The notes under the pieces are model-generated. The model did not search any database. It saw only the letters and a program-made list of their open reading frames with translations, and was not told the origin of the DNA. Shown one piece after another: positions 1 through 9,913 of a stretch of DNA of 64,000 bases. Source of the DNA: Candidatus Hydrogenedentota bacterium (GTDB taxonomy: Bacteria > Hydrogenedentota > Hydrogenedentia > Hydrogenedentales > SLHB01); NCBI GenBank assembly GCA_963674865.2, contig CAXXYE010000003.1:192001-256000 (forward strand), written 5' to 3'. Each line of letters begins with the position of its first letter. The stretch's first letter is position 1. Both the position numbers and the translations under genes were made by a program.

Positions 1-587
1 TGGGCCGCGAAGGCCGCGGCCGAATCGGGGCGGTAAAAGAGGCAGAGCGCGGACTGGCGCGGCGCTACCTGTTCAAGCATGGAGCTGTATTCGAGGAAAC
101 TGGGCAGAAACTCCGGCGGCGGCTCGTCGCGGATGTACCACGCCAGTATGTTGGGCGCGTTCTTGAGGGCTTCCGCGGCGTGTCGCGCGTCGTCAAGCGT
201 GACCTTGAGCGACTTCTCGTCGGCTGTTGCTCCGACGTAAGGCAAGACATAGACGCCGTAGCGAGCACAGAGGGCCACCTCATCCTTCAGCCGCGCGACA
301 TGCTTTTCCGCCGTTGCCTCCGCCGCTCCGGGATCAAACGCCCCGTAGAGACGCGGGGAGGCTACGAGGCAGTTCATGTTATGGCGCCGCATGTCGCGCA
401 GGAGTCCTTCGAGGCCCAAGTTGACGGGATGGGCATCCCATCCCCATAGGCCGAATGTGAAGGGCATCTGAACCGCTTCGGCATCCTCGGTGAGTGTCTG
501 CGCCGTTCCCGGTGCACAGACGGTGATCAATGAGGTGCACAAGATGAGACACAGGGCCGCTCGCGCGTCGTAGAAACTGGTGGGCAT
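1..587 (-). CDS. Exported glycoside hydrolase-like (TIM-barrel) protein; its 3' end runs off the left window edge; absent from the ORF track
   Basis: Manual translation: ATG at 587 after a GGAGG RBS, open to position 1. MPTSFYDARAALCLILCTSLITVCAPGTAQ is signal-like; later motifs FTFGLWGW, DMRRHNMNCL, ARYGVYVLPY and NILAWYIRDEP resemble the clan GH-A beta4 (N/D)EP motif. Confidence 0.7.
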   Translation of the reverse strand, partial: MPTSFYDARAALCLILCTSLITVCAPGTAQTLTEDAEAVQMPFTFGLWGWDAHPVNLGLEGLLRDMRRHNMNCLVASPRLYGAFDPGAAEATAEKHVARLKDEVALCARYGVYVLPYVGATADEKSLKVTLDDARHAAEALKNAPNILAWYIRDEPPPEFLPSFLEYSSMLEQVAPRQSALCLFYRPDSAAAFAA

Positions 588-759
588 GGCCAATTCCTCC
601 CATTGCCGGCGAAGTCTCTGAGGGTCTCATCGTAGAAGGAGGCGTGCGCCCAGTCAACGTGCGCCAGTGCATGCCAAACGGCATGTGCTATCATTCCTGA
701 CACGGATGACGGCGCAGGAAAGGCGAGCGGCCATGGCGCCAAGCAGGAGGGGAGCGAGC

Positions 760-2214
760 ATGAGGTTCAGTATCGAGTGTCTTGGATTGGTGGCCTTAGC
801 GGGCCTTTGGATCTTGACGGCGCCGCGCGCGGAGGCGGCGGAAGAGGCCGTGCTCGATATCGGATCGCGGCTGGAGTTGTTTGTTGATCGCTTCCTCATC
901 GAGCGCATGGAGGGAACGGCACTGGCGCTCCATGCTCCTGTCGAGGCTGAATCCGTGATAGCCTTTGATAGGCCGTGGGAAGGGAAGTATGTCGGCTACG
1001 TCACGATCATTCAGGACGGCGATCTCTTCCGAATGTACTACCGGGGGATGCCCGAGGCAGGAACGGATGACTCCGACGAACCGGTGACCTGCTATGCGGA
1101 GAGCAAGGACGGCGTCATCTGGACTCGGCCAAACCTGAGTCTGTTCGAGGTCCACGGGACAACTGAAAACAACGTCATTCTGGCCGATATGCCGCCGTTT
1201 TCTCACAATTTTGCGCCATTTCTCGACACGCGCCCCGGTGTCCCTGCCGATGAGCGCTTCAAGGCGGTGGCCGGTTTGCAGCGTTCCGGACTGTACGCGT
1301 TTGCCTCCGGGGACGGCGTCCACTGGCGTCGTATGCAGGATGAACCTGTCATTACCGAAGGGCATCTGGATTCACAGAACCTTGCCTTCTGGTCGGACGC
1401 GGAGCAGTGCTACTGTTGTTATCTGCGCCTGTGGGCGGAGGGGGTGCGTACCATCGGCCGGGCCACCTCCACCGATTTCCGGACTTGGACGTCTCCCGAG
1501 TTTATGCGCTTCGGGGACACGCCCATGGAGCATCTATACACAAACCAGACCCACGCCTACTACCGCGCGCCCCACATCTACATCGCGACGGCTGCGCGGT
1601 TCATGCCCAAGCGCCGGGTCGTGTCCGTCGAGCGATTCGAGGCGCTCGGCGGCGATGCCGATTACTCAGGTGACTGCTCGGATACGGTGCTCCTATCCAG
1701 CCGCGGCGGACTGGACTACGAGCGGACGTTCATGGAGGGCTTTGTGCGGCCGGGCATGGGCCTGAGCAATTGGACTTCGCGAACGAACTACCCTGCCTGC
1801 GGTATTGTGCCCACGGGCGACGGGGAAATGTCGATGTACATCCAGCGGCATTACGGCCAGCCGTCCCACCGCTTGCAGCGCCTGACGCTTCGCACGGATG
1901 GATTTGTCTCGGTGAACGCCCCATATGCCGGGGGCGAAATGTTCACCAAGCCTTTACGCTTCAGCGGGAAGCGTCTCGCTATCAACTTCGCGACTTCCGC
2001 CGCCGGCAGCGTGTGGGTAGAGATTCAGGATGGCAAGGGAACGCCCATCGATGGCTTCACCCTCGATGATGCCGACGAGATCATTGGCGACGAGATCGAG
2101 CGCACGGTTACATGGCAAGGCACGCGCGATCTGAGCGCCCTCGCAGGGCGCACCGTGCGGCTCCGCTTCGTCATGAAAGACGCCGACCTCTACTCGCTCG
2201 CTTTCCGCCCCTAG
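760..2214 (+). CDS. Exported beta-propeller glycoside hydrolase-like protein (GH32/GH43-like fold, hypothetical)
   Basis: ATG at 760 after GGAGGGGAG; signal peptide ending AEA; RLELFVDRFLI, repeated Asp-box-like S.DG..W motifs, LRTDGFVSV, C-terminal VRLRFVMKDADLYS. Confidence 0.65.
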   Translation: MRFSIECLGLVALAGLWILTAPRAEAAEEAVLDIGSRLELFVDRFLIERMEGTALALHAPVEAESVIAFDRPWEGKYVGYVTIIQDGDLFRMYYRGMPEAGTDDSDEPVTCYAESKDGVIWTRPNLSLFEVHGTTENNVILADMPPFSHNFAPFLDTRPGVPADERFKAVAGLQRSGLYAFASGDGVHWRRMQDEPVITEGHLDSQNLAFWSDAEQCYCCYLRLWAEGVRTIGRATSTDFRTWTSPEFMRFGDTPMEHLYTNQTHAYYRAPHIYIATAARFMPKRRVVSVERFEALGGDADYSGDCSDTVLLSSRGGLDYERTFMEGFVRPGMGLSNWTSRTNYPACGIVPTGDGEMSMYIQRHYGQPSHRLQRLTLRTDGFVSVNAPYAGGEMFTKPLRFSGKRLAINFATSAAGSVWVEIQDGKGTPIDGFTLDDADEIIGDEIERTVTWQGTRDLSALAGRTVRLRFVMKDADLYSLAFRP

Positions 2215-2236
2215 GCTGCGGAGGAACGCCCCGCTC

Positions 2237-3865
2237 TCAGTCCTTCATGTGGGGATAGCGATAACTCGTGGGCGGCAGGAAGTTCTCCTTGATGGTTCGC
2301 GGAGACACCCACCGTTCGAGATTCAACCACGAGCCGGCCTTATCATTTGTGCCGGATGCTCTGCTTCCGCCAAAAGGCTGTTGGCCGACGACCGCCCCGG
2401 TTGGCTTGTCGTTGATGTAGAAGTTGCCTGCGGCGTGCACCAGGGCCTTGGTGGCCTTCACGACCGCGCCGCGATCCTGTGCGAAGATCGAGCCGGTAAG
2501 GGCGTAAGGGCTCGTCTGGTCGCACAGCGTCAGCGTATCCTCGTACTCCCCATGCGGATAAACGTGAATGGTGAGCACGGGGCCGAAGATCTCTTCGGAC
2601 ATGAGCCGGGATTTGGGATCCTTGCTCAACACCACAGTGGGCTCGACGAAGTAGCCCTTGGAGTCGTCATATCCACCCCCGACGAGGATCTCGAGGTCAG
2701 GATTGTTCTTGGCGTACTCGATGTAGCCCGTGATATTGGTGAACGAGCTGGCATCTATCACGGCGCACATGAAATTCGAGAAATCGCAGCAGTCGCCCAT
2801 CGCAACGGTGCCGATCTCGTCGAGGAGTTTCTGCTTCACCTCAGGCCAGACGGAATCGGGAATGTACGCCCTGCTGGCGGCGCTGCACTTCTGGCCCTGG
2901 TACTCGAACGCGCCGCGCACCAAAGCGGCCACCAGCGCATCCTTGTCGGTGGATTCGTGGACGAAGATGAAGTCCTTGCCGCCGGTTTCGCCGACAATCC
3001 GCGGATAGGAGTAGTACTTGCGGATGTCTGAGCCCACGGCGAGCCAGATCGTCGAGAACACTTTCGTGCTCCCCGTGAAGTGAATGCCGCCCAGGTCCAG
3101 ATGGTCGAGCACGGGCGGCCCGATCACCGGCCCCGGCCCGGGAACCAAGTTGATGACGCCGTCCGGCATGCCGGCTTCCTGGAGGATCTTCATAATGTAG
3201 TACGCGGGAAGAACGGCGCTTGAAGCCGGCTTCCATACGACGGCGTTGCCCATGAGCGCCGGCGCCGTGGGCAGATTGCCCGCGATGGAGGTGAAGTTGA
3301 AGGGCGTGATTGCGAAGACGAATCCTTCGAGCGGCCGATGCTCCATGTAGTTCAACACGCCATGGGTCGACATCGGCTGATCGTCGTACACCAATGTCAT
3401 GAAATACGGATTGAAACGCCAGAAGTCGATAAGTTCGCAGGCCGAATCAATCTCCGCCTGGAAGCAGGTTTTGCTCATGCAGAGCATCGTGGCGGCATTA
3501 AGTGTCTGACGGTACTTGCCCGCCAACAGCTCCGCCGCCTTCAGCAGAACCGTCGCCCGGTTGGACCACGGCATGAGCGACCATTCCTTCTTGGCCTCAT
3601 TGGCCGCGGCGATGGCCATGTTCGCGTGATTGGCGTCAGCTTGGTGGTACTGCCCCAAAACGCAGTGATGATCGTGGGGACACGTCATGTCCACCAACCG
3701 GCCGCTGCGCACTTCCTCCCCGCCGATGAAGCACGGCACTTCGACGGGATTGTCGAGCATCTCCTGAAGCTTTGCCTGCAATTCCGCACGCTCCGGCGTG
3801 TTCGGGGCGTATGACAGGACGGGCTCATTCTGAGGTCGTGGAATGTGAAAAAGGCCGTTAAACAT
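2237..3865 (-). CDS. pruA: L-glutamate gamma-semialdehyde (P5C) dehydrogenase
   Basis: NEPVLSYAP, EIDSACELIDFWRFN, ITPFNFT, FTGST, GETGGKDF, catalytic GQKCSA, EEIFGP, QQPFGGSRASGTNDKAG; start placed after GGGAGG RBS. Confidence 0.93.
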   Translation of the reverse strand: MFNGLFHIPRPQNEPVLSYAPNTPERAELQAKLQEMLDNPVEVPCFIGGEEVRSGRLVDMTCPHDHHCVLGQYHQADANHANMAIAAANEAKKEWSLMPWSNRATVLLKAAELLAGKYRQTLNAATMLCMSKTCFQAEIDSACELIDFWRFNPYFMTLVYDDQPMSTHGVLNYMEHRPLEGFVFAITPFNFTSIAGNLPTAPALMGNAVVWKPASSAVLPAYYIMKILQEAGMPDGVINLVPGPGPVIGPPVLDHLDLGGIHFTGSTKVFSTIWLAVGSDIRKYYSYPRIVGETGGKDFIFVHESTDKDALVAALVRGAFEYQGQKCSAASRAYIPDSVWPEVKQKLLDEIGTVAMGDCCDFSNFMCAVIDASSFTNITGYIEYAKNNPDLEILVGGGYDDSKGYFVEPTVVLSKDPKSRLMSEEIFGPVLTIHVYPHGEYEDTLTLCDQTSPYALTGSIFAQDRGAVVKATKALVHAAGNFYINDKPTGAVVGQQPFGGSRASGTNDKAGSWLNLERWVSPRTIKENFLPPTSYRYPHMKD

Positions 3866-4073
3866 GAGTTCCTCCCCTAAACAACAGTTTGCAGCCACGT
3901 GACGGGACGCCTACGCGCCCACCCTCCGATGCCGGCCGGTAGGCCGTCCGCCCCCGTCCAGCGAACGACGACGGGAGGCAATTCTTGTCCAGGCACGGAC
4001 GACTTGTCAAGCCCATATCCTTTGCGTTACAAAGGGTTAGCGTCAAACAGCTTGGAAAAACGGAGGGGAGCGG

Positions 4074-5996
4074 GTGCCTGTCGACAAGAGCACTAGTGAA
4101 TCTCGGGGCATCGCACAGTCACAGACGGCCGGTGCGCTGGGCGAGTCGCGAAGGCGCGCTATTGTCTACGCCGTGTGCGCCGGCTTGGTGTTCTTGACGG
4201 TGGCCGTCTTCTGGCAGACGCGCGCGTTCCGGTTCGTCAACTTCGATGACACGGAATACGTCACGAGGAATCCCCACGTCCTGTCCGGGCTGACATGGGA
4301 AGGGATACGGTGGGCCTTCATGCATCCGCATTTCGGCAATTGGATTCCCTTGACGTTGATGTCCCACATGCTGGATTGCGAACTGTACGGACTCGATGCG
4401 GCCGGCCATCATTCGACGAACCTCCAATTGCATCTGCTCAATACACTCCTCCTCTTCTTGTTTCTCTCGCAGGCCACAGGCTCGGTATGGCGAAGCGCCT
4501 TCGTAGCGGCCGTGTTTGCGGTGCACCCCCTCCACGTGGAGCCTGTTGCCTGGGTGTCGAGCCGCAAGGACTTGTTGAGCACCTTGTTCTGGATGCTGGC
4601 GCTGCTGGCCTATGTCGCTTACGCGAAGCGCGGAGGCGCCGGGCGCTACGGCCTTGTCCTCCTTTGCTTCGTACTGGGCCTGTTGTCCAAGGCGATGGTG
4701 GTTACTCTGCCGTTTGTCCTGCTTCTCCTCGACTATTGGCCGCTCGGCCGTTTGGGCGCACCGGAGGAGCCTGCCGGCGCCGGCAGGTCTCTTTGGCGCT
4801 TGTCTCTTGAGAAGGTCCCGTTTTTCATCCTGAGCGGGGCCGCCGTGGCGATAACCTTCTGGACACAGCAGGTGAGCCGCTTCATCGTGTCCTCGGCGAT
4901 GAGTCCCCTTTCTCAGCGGCTGGCAAACGTCGCTGTGACGTATGCCGCGGTACTGAGGCGTACACTCTGGCCCGTGGGCCTTTCGCCCTTCTATCCGAAT
5001 CCCGGACATGCTCCGCCTGCGTGGCAAGTCGTCGGGGCACTTGCTCTACTTGGCTTCATCTCGGCGGCTGTTTATGCCTTGCGTAGACGGCGGGCTCTTA
5101 CCGTAGGTTGGCTTTGGTACATCGGGGCCTTTGCGCCGGCTGTCGGCTTTGTGCGGATCGGCAGTTTCATCACGGCGGACAGATACACCTACATTCCGCT
5201 GATTGGCCTGGCTATCATGGCGGCCTGGGCCGTGCCCGATCTCGAGCCGCGGCCTGCTCGTCGCAAGGCTCTTGCCCTGCTGGGGGCGGCAATCATCCTC
5301 ACAGCCACCATATGCGCCTTGGCTCAAGCACGCGTCTGGCGCGATGGGCGGGCGCTGTTCGCGCGTGCCGTGGCAGTCACCGAGAATAATTACGTGGCCG
5401 AAGACGGCCTGGCGGTTGCCCTTTATGAGGAAGGCCAATACAAAGAGGCCCTCGCCCACCACGAGGAGGCGCTCCAGATCGCGCCGGGCTACGCGCGCGG
5501 CTGGTTCAACTGCGGGAATACGCAGCTTGCCCTCGGTGATTTGGAGAAGGCCGCGGCGAGCTTCGCCAAGGCGGCCCAGTTGGATCCCAGTCTTGCCGAT
5601 GCGAGCAATAACCTGGGGAACGTCCTGTGCGATCTCGGCAGGCATGAGCAGGCTGCCGATGCCTATCGTGTAGCCCTTCGCGCGGACCCGCGCCATGCCC
5701 TGGCCCACGCAAATCTGGGCCAATTACTGGCGGAGAGGGGCGAGGCGGTCCAGGCCGAGGAGCATTTTGCCCTGTCCCTGGCGGCCGATCCCCGGCAGCC
5801 GCTTACGCACTACCTCTTGGCGCGTGTGCTGGAACAGCAGGGCGACCTCGATGGGGCGGCGCTCCATTTTGGAGCAGCCCTGGAACTCGATCCGCACTTC
5901 ACCCAAGCCGCGGAGGGCTTGACGCGGGCGCGGGGGCCAGGCGTGGGACAGGACGAGAGTCCGCTGGCGCCAGGCCCGGTTTCGTCTGTTCGATGA
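4074..5996 (+). CDS. TMTC/PMT-like GT-C membrane glycosyltransferase with C-terminal TPR repeats
   Basis: FVNFDD acidic loop, HPLHVEPVAWVSSRKD, ADRYTYIP, many hydrophobic segments, several TPRs in the C-terminal third. Confidence 0.8.
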   Translation: MPVDKSTSESRGIAQSQTAGALGESRRRAIVYAVCAGLVFLTVAVFWQTRAFRFVNFDDTEYVTRNPHVLSGLTWEGIRWAFMHPHFGNWIPLTLMSHMLDCELYGLDAAGHHSTNLQLHLLNTLLLFLFLSQATGSVWRSAFVAAVFAVHPLHVEPVAWVSSRKDLLSTLFWMLALLAYVAYAKRGGAGRYGLVLLCFVLGLLSKAMVVTLPFVLLLLDYWPLGRLGAPEEPAGAGRSLWRLSLEKVPFFILSGAAVAITFWTQQVSRFIVSSAMSPLSQRLANVAVTYAAVLRRTLWPVGLSPFYPNPGHAPPAWQVVGALALLGFISAAVYALRRRRALTVGWLWYIGAFAPAVGFVRIGSFITADRYTYIPLIGLAIMAAWAVPDLEPRPARRKALALLGAAIILTATICALAQARVWRDGRALFARAVAVTENNYVAEDGLAVALYEEGQYKEALAHHEEALQIAPGYARGWFNCGNTQLALGDLEKAAASFAKAAQLDPSLADASNNLGNVLCDLGRHEQAADAYRVALRADPRHALAHANLGQLLAERGEAVQAEEHFALSLAADPRQPLTHYLLARVLEQQGDLDGAALHFGAALELDPHFTQAAEGLTRARGPGVGQDESPLAPGPVSSVR

Positions 5997-6008
5997 CGAA
6001 TTTTGTCA
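5994..6008. promoter_or_regulatory. Palindrome TGAC-N7-GTCA; candidate enhancer site for a sigma54 activator
   Basis: TGACGAATTTTGTCA about 110 bp upstream of the pilin -24/-12 element. Confidence 0.4.
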
Positions 6009-6115
6009 CTGAGTGACGTTCTACGTACCGAGATGAGCGCTCAGGTGCGCGTTTCGATGGGTGTGGTCGGTGGTTAAGGTATTGTTGTGTAAAGAGTTAA
6101 GATTGTGTTCTGGCA

Positions 6116-6132
6116 TTGGCATACATGTTGCT
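6116..6132 (+). promoter_or_regulatory. Sigma54 (-24/-12) promoter of the pilin gene
   Basis: TTGGCATACATGTTGCT matches TGGCAC-N5-TTGCW with exact GG-N10-GC spacing, 76 bp before the ATG. Confidence 0.75.
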
Positions 6133-6207
6133 CTATGGACGGGCAAGAGTTGAGAAGTGCTACGAGGACGGGGCCAGGGCTGTTTACCCTAAAGGGAGGA
6201 AAAGGAT

Positions 6208-6633
6208 ATGAAGAAAAACTCAGGTTTCACGTTGATTGAGCTGATGATCGTCGTGGCGATTATCGCGATTATCGCGGCTGTCGCCATCCCCAACCTGCTG
6301 CGTTCCCGCATGGGCGCGAATGAGTCGAACGCCATTGGCGCGCTTCGTACTGTTGCGGCGGCGCAGACGTCCTTCCGTTCGCAGGACACGAGCCGCACGT
6401 ATGCGACCAGCTTGGGCACGCTCTCCGGCCAGACGCCTCAGTACGTAGACGATGTACTGGGTGGCGGTGAGAAGCACGGCTACAAGTTTGCCGTTGCGGG
6501 CGCCACGAAGTATGTGTGGCAGTGCACGGCTACTCCGGTAACGGTTGGCAAGACCGGTAACCGGACCTTCTGCGTCGATGAGAGCGGCGTGATCTTTGAA
6601 GGCACCTGCGCGGCGGGTACCCCGATCGAATAA
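6208..6633 (+). CDS. Type IV pilin-like protein (prepilin with class III signal)
   Basis: MKKNSG|FTLIELMIVVAIIAIIAAVAIP: G|F cleavage site, E5, P22; C-terminal TGNRTFCVDESGVI; own promoter and terminator suggest a major pilin. Confidence 0.9.
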   Translation: MKKNSGFTLIELMIVVAIIAIIAAVAIPNLLRSRMGANESNAIGALRTVAAAQTSFRSQDTSRTYATSLGTLSGQTPQYVDDVLGGGEKHGYKFAVAGATKYVWQCTATPVTVGKTGNRTFCVDESGVIFEGTCAAGTPIE

Positions 6634-6653
6634 GCGACGACATCACGTCACCG

Positions 6654-6696
6654 AAAAAAGAGGCGTGGCGGACCACAGTGTCCGCCACGCCTTTTC
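6654..6696. terminator. Bidirectional intrinsic terminator between pilin and gpmI
   Basis: 13-bp stem AGGCGTGGCGGAC / GTCCGCCACGCCT flanked by an A-run and a T-run. Confidence 0.85.
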
Positions 6697-6726
6697 TATT
6701 GAATGGGCTACCTGAGCAGTCCAAGG

Positions 6727-8349
6727 TCAGAGCGATATCAGGCTTGGGTCGTATCCCTCCGGCCGCTTGAAGCCCATGAGGTTTAGAAGAGTGGCGGCCA
6801 CGTTGCTTAGGCCGGCCCCCTGGACCTCGCTCCGGCGCCAGTCATTGGCCCCGGAGTAGTCCTTGATCAGGAACGGCACCGGATTGAGCGTGTGGGCCAC
6901 CATGGGATCGCGCTTTCCCTTCTTTTCCGTGAATAGCACATCGGCATTTCCATGGTCGGCTGTGATGGCCACTACCCCTTTTGCCGCCGTCACTGCCGGC
7001 AGCAGCCGACGCAGTCCCAAATCCACCGTTTCGACCGCAATCCGCACTGCGGCGGCAATGCCCGTGTGGCCGACCATGTCGCCGTTGGGGTAGTTCAGCC
7101 GAACAAACTTGTATTTCCCGCTGCGTATCGCCTCGATGGTGGCGTCCGTGATCTCCGCGGCCTTCATCCATGGGCGCTGATCAAATGTCACCCTATCCGA
7201 CGGAATCTCGGTGTATTTTTCCAATTTCTCATCGATATAGCCTGAATTGTTGCCGTTCCAGAAGTACGTCACGTGGCCGAACTTCTGCGTTTCCGAGATG
7301 GCGAAGGAAGTGACTCCGGCTGCGCAAAGGTATTGGCCGATGGTTTGATCGATTGCGGGCGGCTCGACAAGGAAGTTCGCCGGAATGTGGGCATCGCCGT
7401 CGTACTCCATCAGCCCTGCGTAGAATACGTCCGGCCGACGGACGCGGTCGAACGCCTCGAAGTCCGGCTCGTCGAAAGCGCGGGAGATCTCGATGGCGCG
7501 GTCGCCGCGGAAATTGAAGAACACCACGGCGTCGCCGTCCTCGATTGTCCCCACCGGCTTGCCGTCCGCGACGATGACAAAGCTGTCGAGATACTGGTCG
7601 GTGATAGTGGGATCTTCTTCGTAGTAGGTCCGAATCGCCTCGGAAGCGGACGCGAATCCCCTGGCCTGCCCGAGCACGTGGGCTTTCCACCCGCGCTCGA
7701 CGACACTCCAATCGGCCTCGTATCGATCCATCGTGGTAACCATGCGGCCGCCACCGGATGCGACGCGGTAGTCGCGCCCTGCCTCGCTCAGTGCCGCAAG
7801 CTTCTGCTCCAGAGGCTCGATGTATTCGAGGGCGCTTTTCTCCCCTACATCGCGTCCGTCAAGGAGGGGATGGAGGCGCACACGCGGCAGCTTGTCTGCT
7901 GCACAGCGTTCAAGCAGGGCGAATAACTGATCGATGTGGCTGTGTACGTTGCCGTCGGAAAGGAGGCCGATGAAATGAACGGTACCTCCGTCTTGTGCCT
8001 GTTTCGTGAGTTGTTGCCATGCCTTCCCCTCGAAGATTGCCCCTGAGCGGATGGCTTCGTTTACGAGCTTCGCTCCTTGTGAGAACACGCGGCCGGCGCC
8101 CAGGGCGTTGTGGCCCACTTCCGAATTGCCCATGTCATCATCGGTGGGGAGGCCCACGGCGGTTCCGTGCGCCTTGAGCTTCGTGAAAAGGGGCTCCTGG
8201 AAGAGGTCGTCGAGCACCGGCGTGTTGGCCAGGAAGACGCCATCGGATTCATCGTGTTTCCCTATCCCGACACCATCCATGATCACCAGGACTACCGGGC
8301 CGGGAAATGCGTTGTAGCCGTTGAGTTTGGCAAGTTGCAGTGGACTCAT
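6727..8349 (-). CDS. gpmI: 2,3-bisphosphoglycerate-independent phosphoglycerate mutase
   Basis: LVIMDGVG, MGNSEVGH, LSDGNVHSH, LDGRD, FNFRGDRA, ETQKFGHVTYF, NGDMVGHTG, TADHGN. Confidence 0.96.
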   Translation of the reverse strand: MSPLQLAKLNGYNAFPGPVVLVIMDGVGIGKHDESDGVFLANTPVLDDLFQEPLFTKLKAHGTAVGLPTDDDMGNSEVGHNALGAGRVFSQGAKLVNEAIRSGAIFEGKAWQQLTKQAQDGGTVHFIGLLSDGNVHSHIDQLFALLERCAADKLPRVRLHPLLDGRDVGEKSALEYIEPLEQKLAALSEAGRDYRVASGGGRMVTTMDRYEADWSVVERGWKAHVLGQARGFASASEAIRTYYEEDPTITDQYLDSFVIVADGKPVGTIEDGDAVVFFNFRGDRAIEISRAFDEPDFEAFDRVRRPDVFYAGLMEYDGDAHIPANFLVEPPAIDQTIGQYLCAAGVTSFAISETQKFGHVTYFWNGNNSGYIDEKLEKYTEIPSDRVTFDQRPWMKAAEITDATIEAIRSGKYKFVRLNYPNGDMVGHTGIAAAVRIAVETVDLGLRRLLPAVTAAKGVVAITADHGNADVLFTEKKGKRDPMVAHTLNPVPFLIKDYSGANDWRRSEVQGAGLSNVAATLLNLMGFKRPEGYDPSLISL

Positions 8350-8551
8350 GAGTCTTAACGATCCTTTCTAGGCTGCTTCTCGTATGGAACACGCGCGTGC
8401 AACGCCGTTATTTCGCCGCCCCGGCGCAGCCGAAGGTGTCTTGATGACGCGAGGCACGTTGAGCTCACCTGCCGAGTTTCCGCCAAGTGCTTACGTGTGC
8501 CCGGGGACCACCTGCCCGGACTGCCTCCGTCATTATCGCTAGAAGAAACGG

Positions 8552-9385
8552 CTATTGGGGGAAAAGGTAATCGACCAGTGCCGGGGTGTCGCCGAAATCG
8601 GGAACCATGATGTCCGCGCCTGCGCGAATGAGGCGCTCCCGCTTCTCCTCGTTCCAGCCGTGTCCCTCGACTTCATTCGATGCCACGCCGATGGCCACGC
8701 AGCCTGCGGCCTTGGCGTTGCGTATCTCGACGGGTCCGTCGCCCACCACGAGCACCTCGACGCCGTGCAGGTCGTGCGTGGACATAATATCTTTGATCAC
8801 CTTCTCCTTCGAGTATTCCTCGAACGTCTTGAGGGCGCCCCAGATCTCCTTGAAATAGGGCGCTGCGCCGACCTTGGCCGCCTCGTTTCGCACATCGGCG
8901 CGGTCGGTGCCGCTGAAGACGTACATGGCAAGGCCCTTGTCGCGCAGCTTGGCGAGGAAATCGAGCGATCCTCGCAGCGTCACATCGCCGACGGTGAACT
9001 CGCCGCTTTCGAGCTTGGCGATTCGCTCGCGGACAGGGACCATCAGCCGATCATTGTAGACTTTCTTATAGCCTTGGGCGTCGAGGATCTGGTCTTCGGG
9101 CACAAGGCCGTGGGCGCGAACCATCTCAACCAGGTGTTGCATCTGGAGAATCGTCTGGATGCCCGTGGACTCTTCGATGTATTCGTATACCTCGTGCTCG
9201 ATTTCGGGCGTGGGTTCCGTAGCGCCGCAGATCATCTCGACCATAACCGGGGCCATGATGCGTTGCCAGCCTTCGCGCATGAGACTGACGGTTCCGTCGA
9301 AGTCAAAAAGGCCGTGCTTGAACCGGCCGCACTCTACCTCGTTAACGATCTCGATCTGGGTTCCTGGAAGGCAATTGCGTGACAT
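8552..9385 (-). CDS. HAD family hydrolase
   Basis: Motif I FDFDGTVS, SGT, motif IV VVGDGPVE. Confidence 0.85.
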   Translation of the reverse strand: MSRNCLPGTQIEIVNEVECGRFKHGLFDFDGTVSLMREGWQRIMAPVMVEMICGATEPTPEIEHEVYEYIEESTGIQTILQMQHLVEMVRAHGLVPEDQILDAQGYKKVYNDRLMVPVRERIAKLESGEFTVGDVTLRGSLDFLAKLRDKGLAMYVFSGTDRADVRNEAAKVGAAPYFKEIWGALKTFEEYSKEKVIKDIMSTHDLHGVEVLVVGDGPVEIRNAKAAGCVAIGVASNEVEGHGWNEEKRERLIRAGADIMVPDFGDTPALVDYLFPQ

Positions 9386-9391
9386 TTGTGA

Positions 9392-9913
9392 TTACTCCAC
9401 CATAAACTCAACCAAAGTGTGTACAGGCAGTTCGGCCAGCTTCTCGCGGCCTTTCAACGGAGGTAGTTCGACGACGAACGCTACCTCCACAATCTCCGCA
9501 CCGAGTCCCTTTACCAAGTCGGCCACGGCCGCCATCGTGCCTCCCGTGGCCAGAAGATCGTCCACGAGGACGACGCGGTCGCCCGGCTTGAGGGCATCGA
9601 CGTGCACCTCGACGGTGTCGGTACCGTACTCAAGCTCGAAATCGGCCGAGATGGTCTCGGCCGGGAGTTTGCCGGGCTTGCGGACGGGGATGAACGGCAG
9701 CTCCATCGCATAGGCCAGTGCCGCTCCAAAGATGAACCCGCGGGCCTCAGCGCCCACGATGGCGTCTACGCCCTTGTCGGCATACCGCGTCTTCCAGCCG
9801 TCGATGATGCTCTTGAAGGCATCACCGTGCTTGAGAAGCGAGGTGACGTCCACAAACTGGATCCCGGGCTTCGGGAAATCGGGGACAATCCGGAACAGCC
9901 CCTTGAGTTCCAT
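9392..9913 (-). CDS. apt: Adenine phosphoribosyltransferase
   Basis: PDFPKPGI, EARGFIFG, RKPGKLP, LEYGTD, PRPP loop VVLVDDLLATGGT; ATG after AGGAG. Confidence 0.96.
   Translation of the reverse strand: MELKGLFRIVPDFPKPGIQFVDVTSLLKHGDAFKSIIDGWKTRYADKGVDAIVGAEARGFIFGAALAYAMELPFIPVRKPGKLPAETISADFELEYGTDTVEVHVDALKPGDRVVLVDDLLATGGTMAAVADLVKGLGAEIVEVAFVVELPPLKGREKLAELPVHTLVEFMVE

Noticed and set aside
8555..9382. Long antisense ORFs, e.g. 8555-9382, 14865-15938, 22649-23824, 27962-29149, 41650-42723
   Set aside because: Shadows of well-supported genes on the opposite strand, expected in GC-rich DNA; no recognisable motifs.
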